Source: a virus (Duplodnaviria > Caudoviricetes). Taken from it: a stretch of 64,000 bases of DNA. Shown here piece after piece: positions 28,782 to 37,285 of the stretch (its first letter is position 1; each line of letters opens with the position of its first letter). Position numbers and translations under genes: made by a program. Below the pieces are notes generated by a model. That model made no database searches, was not told the origin of the DNA, and saw nothing but the letters and a program-made list of their open reading frames with translations. The DNA lies in the IMG/VR virus record IMGVR_UViG_2974592485_000001, positions 1 through 64,000 of that record. One strand, written 5' to 3'.

Positions 28782-29090
28782 TTAATCGTAAACCCATTGC
28801 AGCATATAAAGGTACTTAGTATTATCAGAGAACACATCGTCCTCTTCATACTTTCTATATCGTTGTAGCTCTCTTGCTGCAAAGCGTCTACTTAATACTT
28901 TGGACTCTTCTTTTAGTCCCCTACAGTGCCTAAACATACCCCAGTCTCTAGACCATAGAGTATTCATAGACTGAACCTCTTTGTCAATTTCCTGTACAGT
29001 CTTAGGGGTTAAAGAGTTATCCTTCCAGTTTAAAGGAAGGATATTAGATCTTCTAAAGGCAAATCTTTTCCTACGAATTGTTCTAGACAT
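28782..29090 (-). CDS. basic hypothetical protein
   Basis: MSRTIRRK, AGGAGG RBS. Confidence 0.75.
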   Translation of the reverse strand: MSRTIRRKRFAFRRSNILPLNWKDNSLTPKTVQEIDKEVQSMNTLWSRDWGMFRHCRGLKEESKVLSRRFAARELQRYRKYEEDDVFSDNTKYLYMLQWVYD

Positions 29091-29155
29091 ATTTTCCTCC
29101 TAATTAATTCAGAGGAAAAGAAGTCTCCTAAAGATAATGTAAATCATGTTGCTCC

Positions 29156-29359
29156 TTAAAACTTATAGCTTTCAGGAACAGTATCAGCTTCACCTTCATA
29201 CTCCGCAAAGTAGTAGTAATCTGGCACATGATCTGTAGGTAAGTCTTTATTCTGCTCAGATACTACAGCTTTTGCTTCCTCTTCTGTATCGTAACCAATA
29301 AAAAATACTTCTCCACCCCACCCACGTTCGCTTTCTGTAAACTTAACGATATGTTTCAT
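29156..29359 (-). CDS. hypothetical protein
   Basis: start MKHIVK; ESERGWG...PDYY pattern. Confidence 0.75.
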   Translation of the reverse strand: MKHIVKFTESERGWGGEVFFIGYDTEEEAKAVVSEQNKDLPTDHVPDYYYFAEYEGEADTVPESYKF

Positions 29360-29634
29360 CGTACTACACCCCATTCATCTTGTATTGGATATGGTTGACC
29401 TGTGCAATACCAAGGGTCTTTACCATAGTCGTATGGCTTCTTTTTTGGCACCCTGTCTTCTTTAGGTACTTCAGAAAACTTCTCATTAAAGAGACAATGC
29501 CTTGATGTAGGATCTTTTATCAGCCAAATATGGGTTTCTTTCTTGTCTTTATCATATGCTGCCCCTAGAAATACATGTCCTTGCTTACTGTATTTCTCAT
29601 CTTCCCCTACTGAATAAGACATTAATAGATTCAT
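29356..29634 (-). CDS. hypothetical protein
   Basis: start MNLLMS, coupled. Confidence 0.7.
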   Translation of the reverse strand: MNLLMSYSVGEDEKYSKQGHVFLGAAYDKDKKETHIWLIKDPTSRHCLFNEKFSEVPKEDRVPKKKPYDYGKDPWYCTGQPYPIQDEWGVVR

Positions 29635-29635
29635 A

Positions 29636-29893
29636 TTAAACTCCATAAAAAGATGAAACTACAACATCTCCTGCCTGTAGATCAGAACTTGCTGGAACAT
29701 CTGCTAAATACTCTACATGTACAGACTCAGGTTTGATGCACCATGTACCCCAATTATATCCTTTCCAGTCTTCTTGATTACCGCTAGGATGTACCTTTTG
29801 TGCAGCTTCCATACTTTCTGCAACCACTACAGCCTCATCGTAGGTGTCTACATGGTTGTTTTCAGTTTGAAAAATTCTATATAGCTTAAGCAT
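29636..29893 (-). CDS. hypothetical protein
   Basis: YD.AVVVA...AQ..HP pattern, AGGAG RBS. Confidence 0.75.
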   Translation of the reverse strand: MLKLYRIFQTENNHVDTYDEAVVVAESMEAAQKVHPSGNQEDWKGYNWGTWCIKPESVHVEYLADVPASSDLQAGDVVVSSFYGV

Positions 29894-29911
29894 TATAGCT
29901 CCTATTAAATT

Positions 29912-30006
29912 TGGCGGAAGCCTAGGGGATCGAACCCTAACACCGTGTCACCACGATCAACCGATTTCAAGTCGGAGTCCGTCGCCAGCCGTCGGATGGG
30001 ACTTCC
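29912..30006 (-). tRNA. tRNA-Ser(TGA)
   Basis: long V arm, G73, CCA. Confidence 0.9.
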
Positions 30007-30016
30007 AGTAGTTTTT

Positions 30017-30343
30017 TTAATGGCTTACTTCAAACTCTCTAGTATGTATATACCCACACTTTTTACAGATTTTACTTTCAGTCTCTGTAATAGTAACTCT
30101 AGAGTACCCGTCCCAACCATCAGAATACCGTGACTCCCCGAAAGAGTGTTGACAGATACTCTGGTATTCTTTGCGTATCTCAGTTGCACGTAGCTCTAGG
30201 TTAGCAATCTTAATATTAATCTCCTTCTCTTCTTCTCTTAAGAGATTAAACTGGGCAGAGCTAGGGTCACTTTCAACTACAAAACCACGTTGGTTTAGTT
30301 CAAAGATCAAATCGTCTGTAGATGCATTAATATAAGTAGTCAT
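30017..30343 (-). CDS. hypothetical protein
   Basis: 108 aa, C.H...CKKCG. Confidence 0.7.
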   Translation of the reverse strand: MTTYINASTDDLIFELNQRGFVVESDPSSAQFNLLREEEKEINIKIANLELRATEIRKEYQSICQHSFGESRYSDGWDGYSRVTITETESKICKKCGYIHTREFEVSH

Positions 30344-30362
30344 AGTATTTCCTAGTTAAATT

Positions 30363-30454
30363 TGGCGGAAGAAGAGAGAATTGAACTCTCAAGCCTGTTT
30401 TCACAAGTCAGCCACTTTCCAAGCGGTTTTCGTCACCTATCGATTTGCTCTTCC
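30363..30454 (-). tRNA. tRNA-Ser(GGA)
   Basis: cloverleaf, long V arm, CCA. Confidence 0.9.
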
Positions 30455-30618
30455 ATTAATCTTATATTACATAAAACCAAGTTTTTCCATATTCAGAGTA
30501 TTTAGTAACATGGCATAACCATAGCCATTTAATCTCTGTAGGAATACACTCACATTCTTCAGTTATAACTCGTCTAGGGAACCATAAAAATGTTTTCATA
30601 TTACCCCTTGTTGATTAA

Positions 30619-30712
30619 GATGACGCCTCTACTACACCAGGCTGTTATGCCTCGCCGGGATTCGAACCCGTTAAAACAGTGTTTCCAACAGCAGTAGGTT
30701 TCACTGACCATC
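30619..30712 (-). ncRNA. structured small RNA with internal T-arm
   Basis: CGGG-TTCGAAT-CCCG within an end-paired hairpin. Confidence 0.55.
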
Positions 30713-30717
30713 AAATT

Positions 30718-30794
30718 TGGTACACCATCTCAGATTCGAACTGAGAACCCCTAGAACCTAAATCTAGTGCCTCTGCCAATTGGGCTAATGGTGC
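30718..30794 (-). tRNA. tRNA-Leu(TAG), short V arm
   Basis: cloverleaf, CCA. Confidence 0.9.
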
Positions 30795-30802
30795 ATTAAT
30801 AA

Positions 30803-30993
30803 TTTATTAAGGCTATAACCTAGGGTTAATACGCGGGCCTCCATTTGTTTAGAGTGCTCCGTACTAATTCAAACAGCGTCTTTACACTTAGGGTTACCAG
30901 CCCTTTCCGTGAACCACTTCGGAATCTGTCCTCACGATCTGGAGGCCGTGCTTTTTGGTAGCCGGTTCTCTGCCTAGGTTATACCTTAATAAA
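30803..30993 (-). ncRNA. ~190-nt RNA closed by a 21-bp stem
   Basis: IR 30803-30824/30973-30993; inner GGCCTCCA/TGGAGGCC. Confidence 0.6.
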
Positions 30994-31019
30994 CTGGGGA
31001 GGTTTACTCCCCAAATTAG

Positions 31020-31292
31020 CTACTTCAGATTATGGGTCTTTAAGTCAGCTATAGTTACAAAACCGTCGCCTACTAAAGAACCTGTCAAAACTACTTGCTG
31101 AACTACTAAGACCTGATTAGTAAGGGCATTGATACTATTAACTATATCTGCGCGTTTACTTTTTGTAACCTCCAGCCCTTCCTTCATCCTGACTAAATTA
31201 GCTTCTGTATCTTTAATACTAGCGGAAGTACAATTAATATCTGCGTCTAGTCTTACCAATGTTCTTTCTAGAACTTTTAGAGCTTCTGACAT
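31020..31292 (-). CDS. coiled-coil hypothetical protein
   Basis: 90 aa, AGGAG RBS. Confidence 0.75.
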   Translation of the reverse strand: MSEALKVLERTLVRLDADINCTSASIKDTEANLVRMKEGLEVTKSKRADIVNSINALTNQVLVVQQVVLTGSLVGDGFVTIADLKTHNLK

Positions 31293-31306
31293 ACTTTCTC
31301 CTAAAG

Positions 31307-31380
31307 TGGTACTCGATGATAGAATCGAACTATCGTAACTGCCGTGTAAAGACAGGGTTCTCCCATTGAACTAATCGAGT
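31307..31380 (-). tRNA. tRNA-Val(TAC)
   Basis: cloverleaf, CCA. Confidence 0.93.
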
Positions 31381-31508
31381 TTTAATCTACACCTGCAACT
31401 TCTTTAGCGGAAATTACTCACTGACCTAAAGACGCAGGCTGTTTTGTAAGAAGGCTGGTGTGATACGCACACCACTTAAGAAGTTTCTCTCACATACTTC
31501 ACCTTGTT

Positions 31509-31582
31509 TGGTACCAAGTGAGGGTAACGATCCCCCGTTTGTAGGTTATCAGCCCACTGTTCTACCTTTGAACTAACTTGGC
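31509..31582 (-). tRNA. tRNA-Ile(GAT)
   Basis: cloverleaf, atypical T-loop ATCGTTA, CCA. Confidence 0.88.
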
Positions 31583-31589
31583 TTTAATT

Positions 31590-31664
31590 TGGTGCGGACA
31601 CTCGAACTCGAATCGAGACCCCTAGTTTGGAAGACTAGAATGCTACCACTAACACTATGCCCGC
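31590..31664 (-). tRNA. tRNA-Gly(TCC)
   Basis: cloverleaf, A73, CCA. Confidence 0.9.
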
Positions 31665-31670
31665 GTAATT

Positions 31671-32015
31671 CTACATATTTTCAACAAAATCTTTAACCAT
31701 TTCAACTGTAAAGTAATCACTAGACCCTGAATGCATTGAAACAATAACAGACTGGTGCGATTCTTGATCTTTAACTAAGTCGTAAACTCCTGTTACGAAC
31801 GCTTTAAAGGTTTCTCCAGTCATATTACCTTGGGCTACTTCAATCAAGTCTGCGTAGGTTACTGTAACACCAGAGCCTTTCAAAGTAAAGGCCACTTCAT
31901 CCTTAATACTTTCTAGGGATGGAAACATGTCACTTTCCATGTCCCAACCAAGACGAATAGCATCTTCACTCAGATAGTGCCAAAAGAAAGCAGGGATAGA
32001 GTCACGAGTTTTCAT
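31671..32015 (-). CDS. hypothetical protein
   Basis: 114 aa. Confidence 0.75.
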   Translation of the reverse strand: MKTRDSIPAFFWHYLSEDAIRLGWDMESDMFPSLESIKDEVAFTLKGSGVTVTYADLIEVAQGNMTGETFKAFVTGVYDLVKDQESHQSVIVSMHSGSSDYFTVEMVKDFVENM

Positions 32016-32212
32016 TACAGTGTTTCCTGAATTTCAGTAGCAAATACACCTAAAGCTAATGCGAACGCTGCCTTGGTCTCATCCGTAACTGCCAGTTCAC
32101 TTTTTAAAGCTTCCATAGTGGCATACGTTTTCTGGTACACTTCTTTAGCAGAATCAGGCAACTCGGATAACAGCCCTTTCATCATTAGGGCTACACAAGT
32201 ATTTTCGTTCAT
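32015..32212 (-). CDS. hypothetical protein
   Basis: 65 aa after promoter. Confidence 0.7.
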   Translation of the reverse strand: MNENTCVALMMKGLLSELPDSAKEVYQKTYATMEALKSELAVTDETKAAFALALGVFATEIQETL

Positions 32213-32294
32213 TCGGATTTCCTTTGTTAGTTGACTTTATAATAAACATTATATCAAATATAGAGTATAAAAGCAACTGAATTTTTAGTAAATT

Positions 32295-32369
32295 TGGTGT
32301 TCTCCCAGGGAATTGAACCCCGACCCTGTCGTTCGTAGCGACATATTCTCTCCATTAAACTAGGAGAAC
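32295..32369 (-). tRNA. tRNA-Arg(ACG)
   Basis: cloverleaf, CCA. Confidence 0.92.
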
Positions 32370-32376
32370 ACAAATT

Positions 32377-32452
32377 TGGAAGCGAGTGATAGAATCGAAC
32401 TATCCTGTATAGGGATATGAGCCCTAGCAGTTCTCCAGAACTGTAACTCGCA
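32377..32452 (-). tRNA. tRNA-fMet-like (CAT)
   Basis: U1xU72 mismatch, 3 G-C pairs in anticodon stem. Confidence 0.88.
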
Positions 32453-32458
32453 ATTGTA

Positions 32459-32533
32459 TGGTAGTTAGTAGTGGAATTGAACCACTGTCTTCTGCTGTAT
32501 GAAAGCAGTGCATAACCATTCTGCCAACTAACT
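32459..32533 (-). tRNA. tRNA-Met(CAT)
   Basis: cloverleaf, CCA. Confidence 0.88.
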
Positions 32534-32538
32534 ATAAT

Positions 32539-32616
32539 TGGTGGCTCCCCGAGGATTCGAACCTACGTACCTTTCGATTATGAGTCGAGTGCTCATACCA
32601 TATGAGCTTGAGAACC
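32539..32616 (-). tRNA. tRNA(CAT), Ile2-like or Met
   Basis: CGA-CTCATAA-TCG arm resembling bacterial tRNA-Ile2. Confidence 0.85.
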
Positions 32617-32620
32617 AATT

Positions 32621-32697
32621 TGGTACACCACCCCAGATTCGAACTGGGAACTCTGAAGTCTTAAGCCTCATGCCTCTGCCAATTGGGCCAGTGGTGC
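32621..32697 (-). tRNA. tRNA-Leu(TAA), short V arm
   Basis: cloverleaf; paralog of Leu(TAG). Confidence 0.9.
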
Positions 32698-32863
32698 GTT
32701 AAATTATTTCTGTTCTACTTTTAGAACATCTAAATGCTTTTGATTATTAAAGAAGTCCGTCCTAAGTCTAAATTCTGACTTAGCATATACACAGAAAGGT
32801 GGCTGAGGCTTCCCTCTCTTACTACCTTTATTATAGCATGTGGTAACTAGGAACTTAATCATA

Positions 32864-33202
32864 TTATCGAATCTCGTAACCTTGATGATACCGTGGGAAA
32901 GGGGAGCCTACTTCAAAACAAATAGCCCACTCAATCTCGATTAGCTCTACTTTACTGTAGCTTTGCCCACGATCAGTAAATACGTACTGCATAAACGAAG
33001 GTGCAATAATCTGCGCATCGTCTTCAGACAAGTACACTAAATCTTCCGTGCGAAGACCCTCGTATTCTTCGAAAAATCGTTCAACAAAAAACTCTGGAAC
33101 AATAATAGTATCTTGCTCAACTGTATCATCAGTACGGTATACTTTGATACTGAAGAGAGACACACCGAGTAAGTTAATAGCAGGAGTTGTAAAAAGTTCC
33201 AT
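32864..33202 (-). CDS. T5-like hypothetical protein
   Basis: 112 aa. Confidence 0.75.
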   Translation of the reverse strand: MELFTTPAINLLGVSLFSIKVYRTDDTVEQDTIIVPEFFVERFFEEYEGLRTEDLVYLSEDDAQIIAPSFMQYVFTDRGQSYSKVELIEIEWAICFEVGSPFPRYHQGYEIR

Positions 33203-33387
33203 TACGCACCTTCAATATCTAGAGAAATTTTAAAAACAGGATTAATACCTGTTCCCTTGCATGTGGGACATTCCCATACAATATAGCCTATGTCCCCTGG
33301 TTCTGCGTCATCTTGTGTACCTGTACCCCAACAATCAGTACACATACACTCTTCAAGTTCTTGCTGTAGCTCTTGAAACCTAGACAT
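33202..33387 (-). CDS. small protein with DnaJ-type CxxCxGxG repeats
   Basis: CTDCWGTG, CPTCKGTG. Confidence 0.75.
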   Translation of the reverse strand: MSRFQELQQELEECMCTDCWGTGTQDDAEPGDIGYIVWECPTCKGTGINPVFKISLDIEGA

Positions 33388-33406
33388 GCTATCTCCTAGT
33401 TAAAAT

Positions 33407-33485
33407 TGGTAGACCGCCTGGGACTTGAACCCAGAACCTTCCGATTAAAAGTCGGGTGCTACTAAACCTATTGAGCTAGCGATCT
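33407..33485 (-). tRNA. tRNA-Lys(TTT)
   Basis: cloverleaf, CCA. Confidence 0.93.
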
Positions 33486-33490
33486 ATATC

Positions 33491-33583
33491 TGGTAAAGGG
33501 TGTAGGAGTCGAACCTACATACTAGAAGCTCGAAAGTCTAGTGCATTAGTCCTTGCATTCACGCGTTACTATGCTAACCCTTT
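33491..33583 (-). ncRNA. non-canonical tRNA (10-nt anticodon loop, 24-nt D loop)
   Basis: perfect acceptor AAAGGGT/ACCCTTT-A-CCA and T arm. Confidence 0.75.
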
Positions 33584-33589
33584 AGAATT

Positions 33590-33668
33590 TGGTGGAGAAT
33601 AACGGATTCGAACCGTTCTGGTATCCTCGGTGCAAGCGAGGCGTCCACTCCAAGCAGACCCATTCCCC
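33590..33668 (-). tRNA. tRNA-Ala(TGC)
   Basis: G3.U70, CCA. Confidence 0.93.
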
Positions 33669-33857
33669 TGAATTTTGTTATATAGTACGACCGTTTGACC
33701 AACAAGACAACCACTGTTTAACCATACTAATATTTTCGTCAGAGTGGCCTTCCTTTCGCATGATCGCCTCTAGCTGAATGTAAGAGTACTTCTTTCGGAA
33801 CACACGTTTAGCGTATAAGTAAGCGTCATTTTTAGTCATATCGTACCCTTAATAAAT

Positions 33858-33935
33858 TGGTCTCCCCGACAGGATTCGAACCTGTGACCCGATGCATCCA
33901 AGGCACCTACGCTGACCAGACTGCGCTACGGAGAG
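33858..33935 (-). tRNA. tRNA-Pro(TGG)
   Basis: cloverleaf, CCA. Confidence 0.93.
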
Positions 33936-34188
33936 TTATTATTCATACATTTTAAGAATATATTCTTTTGTTTCTTCAACACTAGAAAGACTTATACTCT
34001 CAAAAGAATTAAAGATGGTAGTTTTAACATTGCCATTTACAGGCAAATTGATTTTCATTATCTTAATTTCATTATGAAAAACAGATATTGGTACCATCTT
34101 TTTCTTCAACAAAATCTATCATTTGATTTCCTCCCTAACTTTCAATACAAATATTATATCAAACTTTAAGGAAGAAAGCAAATAAATT

Positions 34189-34536
34189 TTAAAACTTTTT
34201 AGTAAACCAGTTAATAGTCTCACCAGTATCCTGCTCATACCAGTTAACAAGCTCAGCTAGATTTCTAGGAGCATCCGTAGTTTTAAGATTTGCTAAATAA
34301 TGGCCAAGTCTATTCCAACTTTGCATATCCATTAAAGGCACACCTAATTCGCTACCAAAAGGTGAGGCGTCATGGATATCTACACGTCCTGCCCCATATT
34401 TGGTTTCATAAGTTCGAATCTTAACTACTTCACCTAAAATAGAGTTGAACTTCTCTTCCTCGGTATATGGGATATTATTCTCCTCATACCACCTATTGCT
34501 AACTGGCCCCATCCAATTTAGGAAATAAGTAACCAT
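34189..34536 (-). CDS. hypothetical protein
   Basis: 115 aa. Confidence 0.75.
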   Translation of the reverse strand: MVTYFLNWMGPVSNRWYEENNIPYTEEEKFNSILGEVVKIRTYETKYGAGRVDIHDASPFGSELGVPLMDMQSWNRLGHYLANLKTTDAPRNLAELVNWYEQDTGETINWFTKKF

Positions 34537-34537
34537 T

Positions 34538-34882
34538 TTATGCCCTTACTTTTGTTAAAGTAATCCCTAGACTTTCTAAGAATCCTTTAGCTCCATACAT
34601 ACTATCTACAGCCGCAGGGTTGTGGGAATGGATATTGATTTTTTGTATAGAAGAAAGTTGCCCATTGAAAATTGCTTCTTCAATAAAACTTAGTACATCT
34701 TTACCTTCTTTTTCAGTTCCTAGATCATTATCCAAAGAAACATAAGTTATATAGGGTCTTTCTTGCAAAAGACGTATAGCATCCACATAGTTATCAACCC
34801 ATATAACATGATTGATTCCCTTAGTAAAGATAGGGTAATCTTTAGGATCACGTAAATCATCAACCCAAAGTAATGTTTCCAT
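34538..34882 (-). CDS. stand-alone receiver-like protein (cyclic-phosphate-processing receiver type)
   Basis: LWVDDLRDP, SLDNDLG, G.DVL, IHS.NP. Confidence 0.7.
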   Translation of the reverse strand: METLLWVDDLRDPKDYPIFTKGINHVIWVDNYVDAIRLLQERPYITYVSLDNDLGTEKEGKDVLSFIEEAIFNGQLSSIQKINIHSHNPAAVDSMYGAKGFLESLGITLTKVRA

Positions 34883-34985
34883 TTGTATTTCCTCTCACTA
34901 ATTTATGAACATATTATACCCTAAATTAAGAAGAAATGCAAATGAATTTTTAGAAAAATAAAGCCACCGAAGTGGCTGTAAAATC

Positions 34986-35255
34986 TTAAACTCGATGAAT
35001 AATCTTTACTGTCTGGCCTTGGTCATTCATGAGGTATGAAGACTCGTTCTTATGAACGAAGATGGTCTTATCCTCAGAAACAACAGACGCAACTACGGAA
35101 TCAGAGTCTGGGCTACTGTAGCCTTCAAAGTGAAACTGAACTCTTACATCTACACTTAACTCAATAAAGTGCTCTTCTTCATCTACCTCAAAGGGTACTG
35201 AATCGAAAATTCTTGTCCCCGCAGGGAGTTTGCGAATAATTTTTAAAGTATACAT
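34986..35255 (-). CDS. hypothetical protein
   Basis: MYTLKI...YLMND.GQTV, AAGGAG RBS. Confidence 0.75.
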   Translation of the reverse strand: MYTLKIIRKLPAGTRIFDSVPFEVDEEEHFIELSVDVRVQFHFEGYSSPDSDSVVASVVSEDKTIFVHKNESSYLMNDQGQTVKIIHRV

Positions 35256-35286
35256 AGTGCTCCTTAGTAGTATTTAGTAGTACTAT

Positions 35287-35784
35287 TGACACGGGTATTG
35301 CCCTTCCGAAGAAGGGCTAACCCAGGCTTGTAACTTGTCATTTCTGTTTTAAGTTGGATAAGTAGTCACATAAGGGGATCTTTGTAGTTAGCCGATAGAG
35401 TACCTTATATGCTAAACCATTGACTGAAAGTTGATAGCTTCCCATACTTTGACAAGGGGATCTCTTTTGTTTTTAACGTGGATTCGTTGATCAGTTGAAC
35501 CACTACGTCTGGTCTCCCAAACGCTAGGGCAATGGCTATCTAAAGCCCTAGCTTCTACAACTCAGTGGATAGCATGAGTTAGTTATGCTGTCTCGTATCG
35601 ATTTACAGGCTTGTGGGACAGTATCCGCTGATTATTCATAACTATAGTGTAGGTTACGTGTCAGTCCAACAAAGTGAGACTATCATCCTACGTACTGGCA
35701 AGGACGGTGAACCAGTACCGTTTACACATTTTAAAGTCAACCGTCATCCTTGCTAGAAGACAAGCCCCTAGACTTACCGTGTCA
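35287..35784 (-). ncRNA. ~500-nt structured RNA, tmRNA-like topology
   Basis: end-pairing stems, H-type pseudoknot, no minus-strand ORF >=60 aa. Confidence 0.6.
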
Positions 35785-35991
35785 CCGTTGTTTCAGGATC
35801 GTACTTGCCCATCAGTGATCATTCTTTTAACTTTGCTATTGCGTCAAATAGTGCTGATAATTCAGCCTCGGCATTAACAATGCTTGTATCTAGCTCGGTC
35901 TTTTCCTTGTTGAGGTTCCTTAATCTTTGCTCAACAATGCTAGCTCGATTCTCTAGAAGTGATAGAGGTGAATTCATATTTGTTCCTTAAT

Positions 35992-36066
35992 TGGTGCTCC
36001 CACTAGGATTCGAACCTAGTTCTGATGCTTACAAGGCAACTGCATCGCCATCAATGCTTTGGAAGC
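35992..36066 (-). tRNA. tRNA-Thr(TGT)
   Basis: cloverleaf, CCA. Confidence 0.92.
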
Positions 36067-36075
36067 TAAGTTATA

Positions 36076-36279
36076 TTAATCTTTCAGAGGTTTGGATGTA
36101 CGAGTACCTTTATACTTATACATTTTACGACGCTGCTTTTCTCGCTTATAAAGTTCACGTCCACAACCAGCAGCTAAAACTCGTGGGTATCGACCTGCCT
36201 CATATGTAGTTTCCTGTGCAGGTACACCATACCCTTCTTTCACAATACGACGACATAATTTTGCTTGCTTACCATTCAT
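36076..36279 (-). CDS. basic hypothetical protein
   Basis: start MNGKQAK (AAGGA RBS). Confidence 0.7.
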   Translation of the reverse strand: MNGKQAKLCRRIVKEGYGVPAQETTYEAGRYPRVLAAGCGRELYKREKQRRKMYKYKGTRTSKPLKD

Positions 36280-36723
36280 ACTTAGGTTTCCTTTTGTTAA
36301 GTTTGGGAGATATCTATTGATATCACACACTGTACCCCTGCCACGAATTTGTGGTTCCTGTGTGATCCTACCTGAGCACTCCTCGTGGAAACTGCTCTAG
36401 TAGTTCATAAAAGATATCACCTAAACTCAACTCACTTATTAAGACGCTCTTCTCGTATTATGAGTACACTGAGGAATAGAGGTGCGAGTTCTATTATTAT
36501 CCTAACCTTACCGCCGTAAAGTTTCAGAGTCGTCTTAATAAGTAAACTTTCGTTTACTTATACTCCTGTCGGCGGTAGGTTCTAGTGCGGCCTAGAATGT
36601 CTACCCTACAATACAGAAGATTTTAGCAAGCAGAACGGCCGGAACTAACTTGCCTTGTTTACTACTAGCCTAGTAGACACACAAGCTGTTACACGAATAT
36701 GCAAGCTCAGCCTTAGTAGATTT

Positions 36724-36868
36724 TGGTGCGGTCAGAGAGGTCATTCTAGACAGGTATCGAACCTGCTATCACCACTGCGGAATTACGAGCTTGCCCTTTG
36801 ACTTCTACGGAATTGAACCGTACCTCAACCCTCGAATGGCTGGTTTCCCCATCAACCACGCTAGAATG
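36724..36868 (-). ncRNA. tRNA-like RNA with two T-arms
   Basis: CATTCTAG/CTAGAATG stem; TACGG-TTCAATT-CCGTA and GCAGG-TTCGATA-CCTGT. Confidence 0.65.
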
Positions 36869-36939
36869 TTTATTAATGAGCAGAGTCCGGTGTAGCAGTC
36901 CGTAAGGGTGCACCTACTGTAGCCTTTACTCTGTTTGTT

Positions 36940-37016
36940 TGGTACTCCCAGAAGGACTTGAACCTTCAACCCTCCGCTTAAGAGGCGGTAGCTCTAACCA
37001 GTTGAGCTATGGAAGT
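36940..37016 (-). tRNA. tRNA-Lys(CTT)
   Basis: cloverleaf, CCA. Confidence 0.92.
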
Positions 37017-37127
37017 GTTTAATGAATAGCCATAAAAATGACTATTGGTTAAACACATCTTTGTGTTCGTCGGCTTGCATCTTTCAGCGTCGCAGGGAGA
37101 GTACCGTCTCTTTACCCCTACCCAATT

Positions 37128-37202
37128 TGGCGCTACCGATGGGATTCGAACTCACATATTCCCCGTGAGAGAAGAGTATCATATCCACTAGACTATAGTA
37201 GC
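37128..37202 (-). tRNA. tRNA-Glu(CTC)
   Basis: cloverleaf with some mismatches, G73, CCA. Confidence 0.8.
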
Positions 37203-37208
37203 TTTAAT

Positions 37209-37285
37209 TGGCGGGCAGTGCTGGGTTCGAACCAGCTATCCTTCGCTTAACAGGCGAGCGCATGTACCATATATGCTCACTACCC
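37209..37285 (-). tRNA. tRNA-Asn(GTT)
   Basis: cloverleaf, G73, CCA. Confidence 0.92.

Noticed and set aside
29912-30006. Selenocysteine or opal-suppressor tRNA
   Set aside because: The anticodon is TGA (Ser), not TCA, with a 7-bp acceptor stem.
36468-36505. Hammerhead ribozyme (CTGAGGA + stem)
   Set aside because: No GAAA after stem II, and it lies on the non-transcribed strand.
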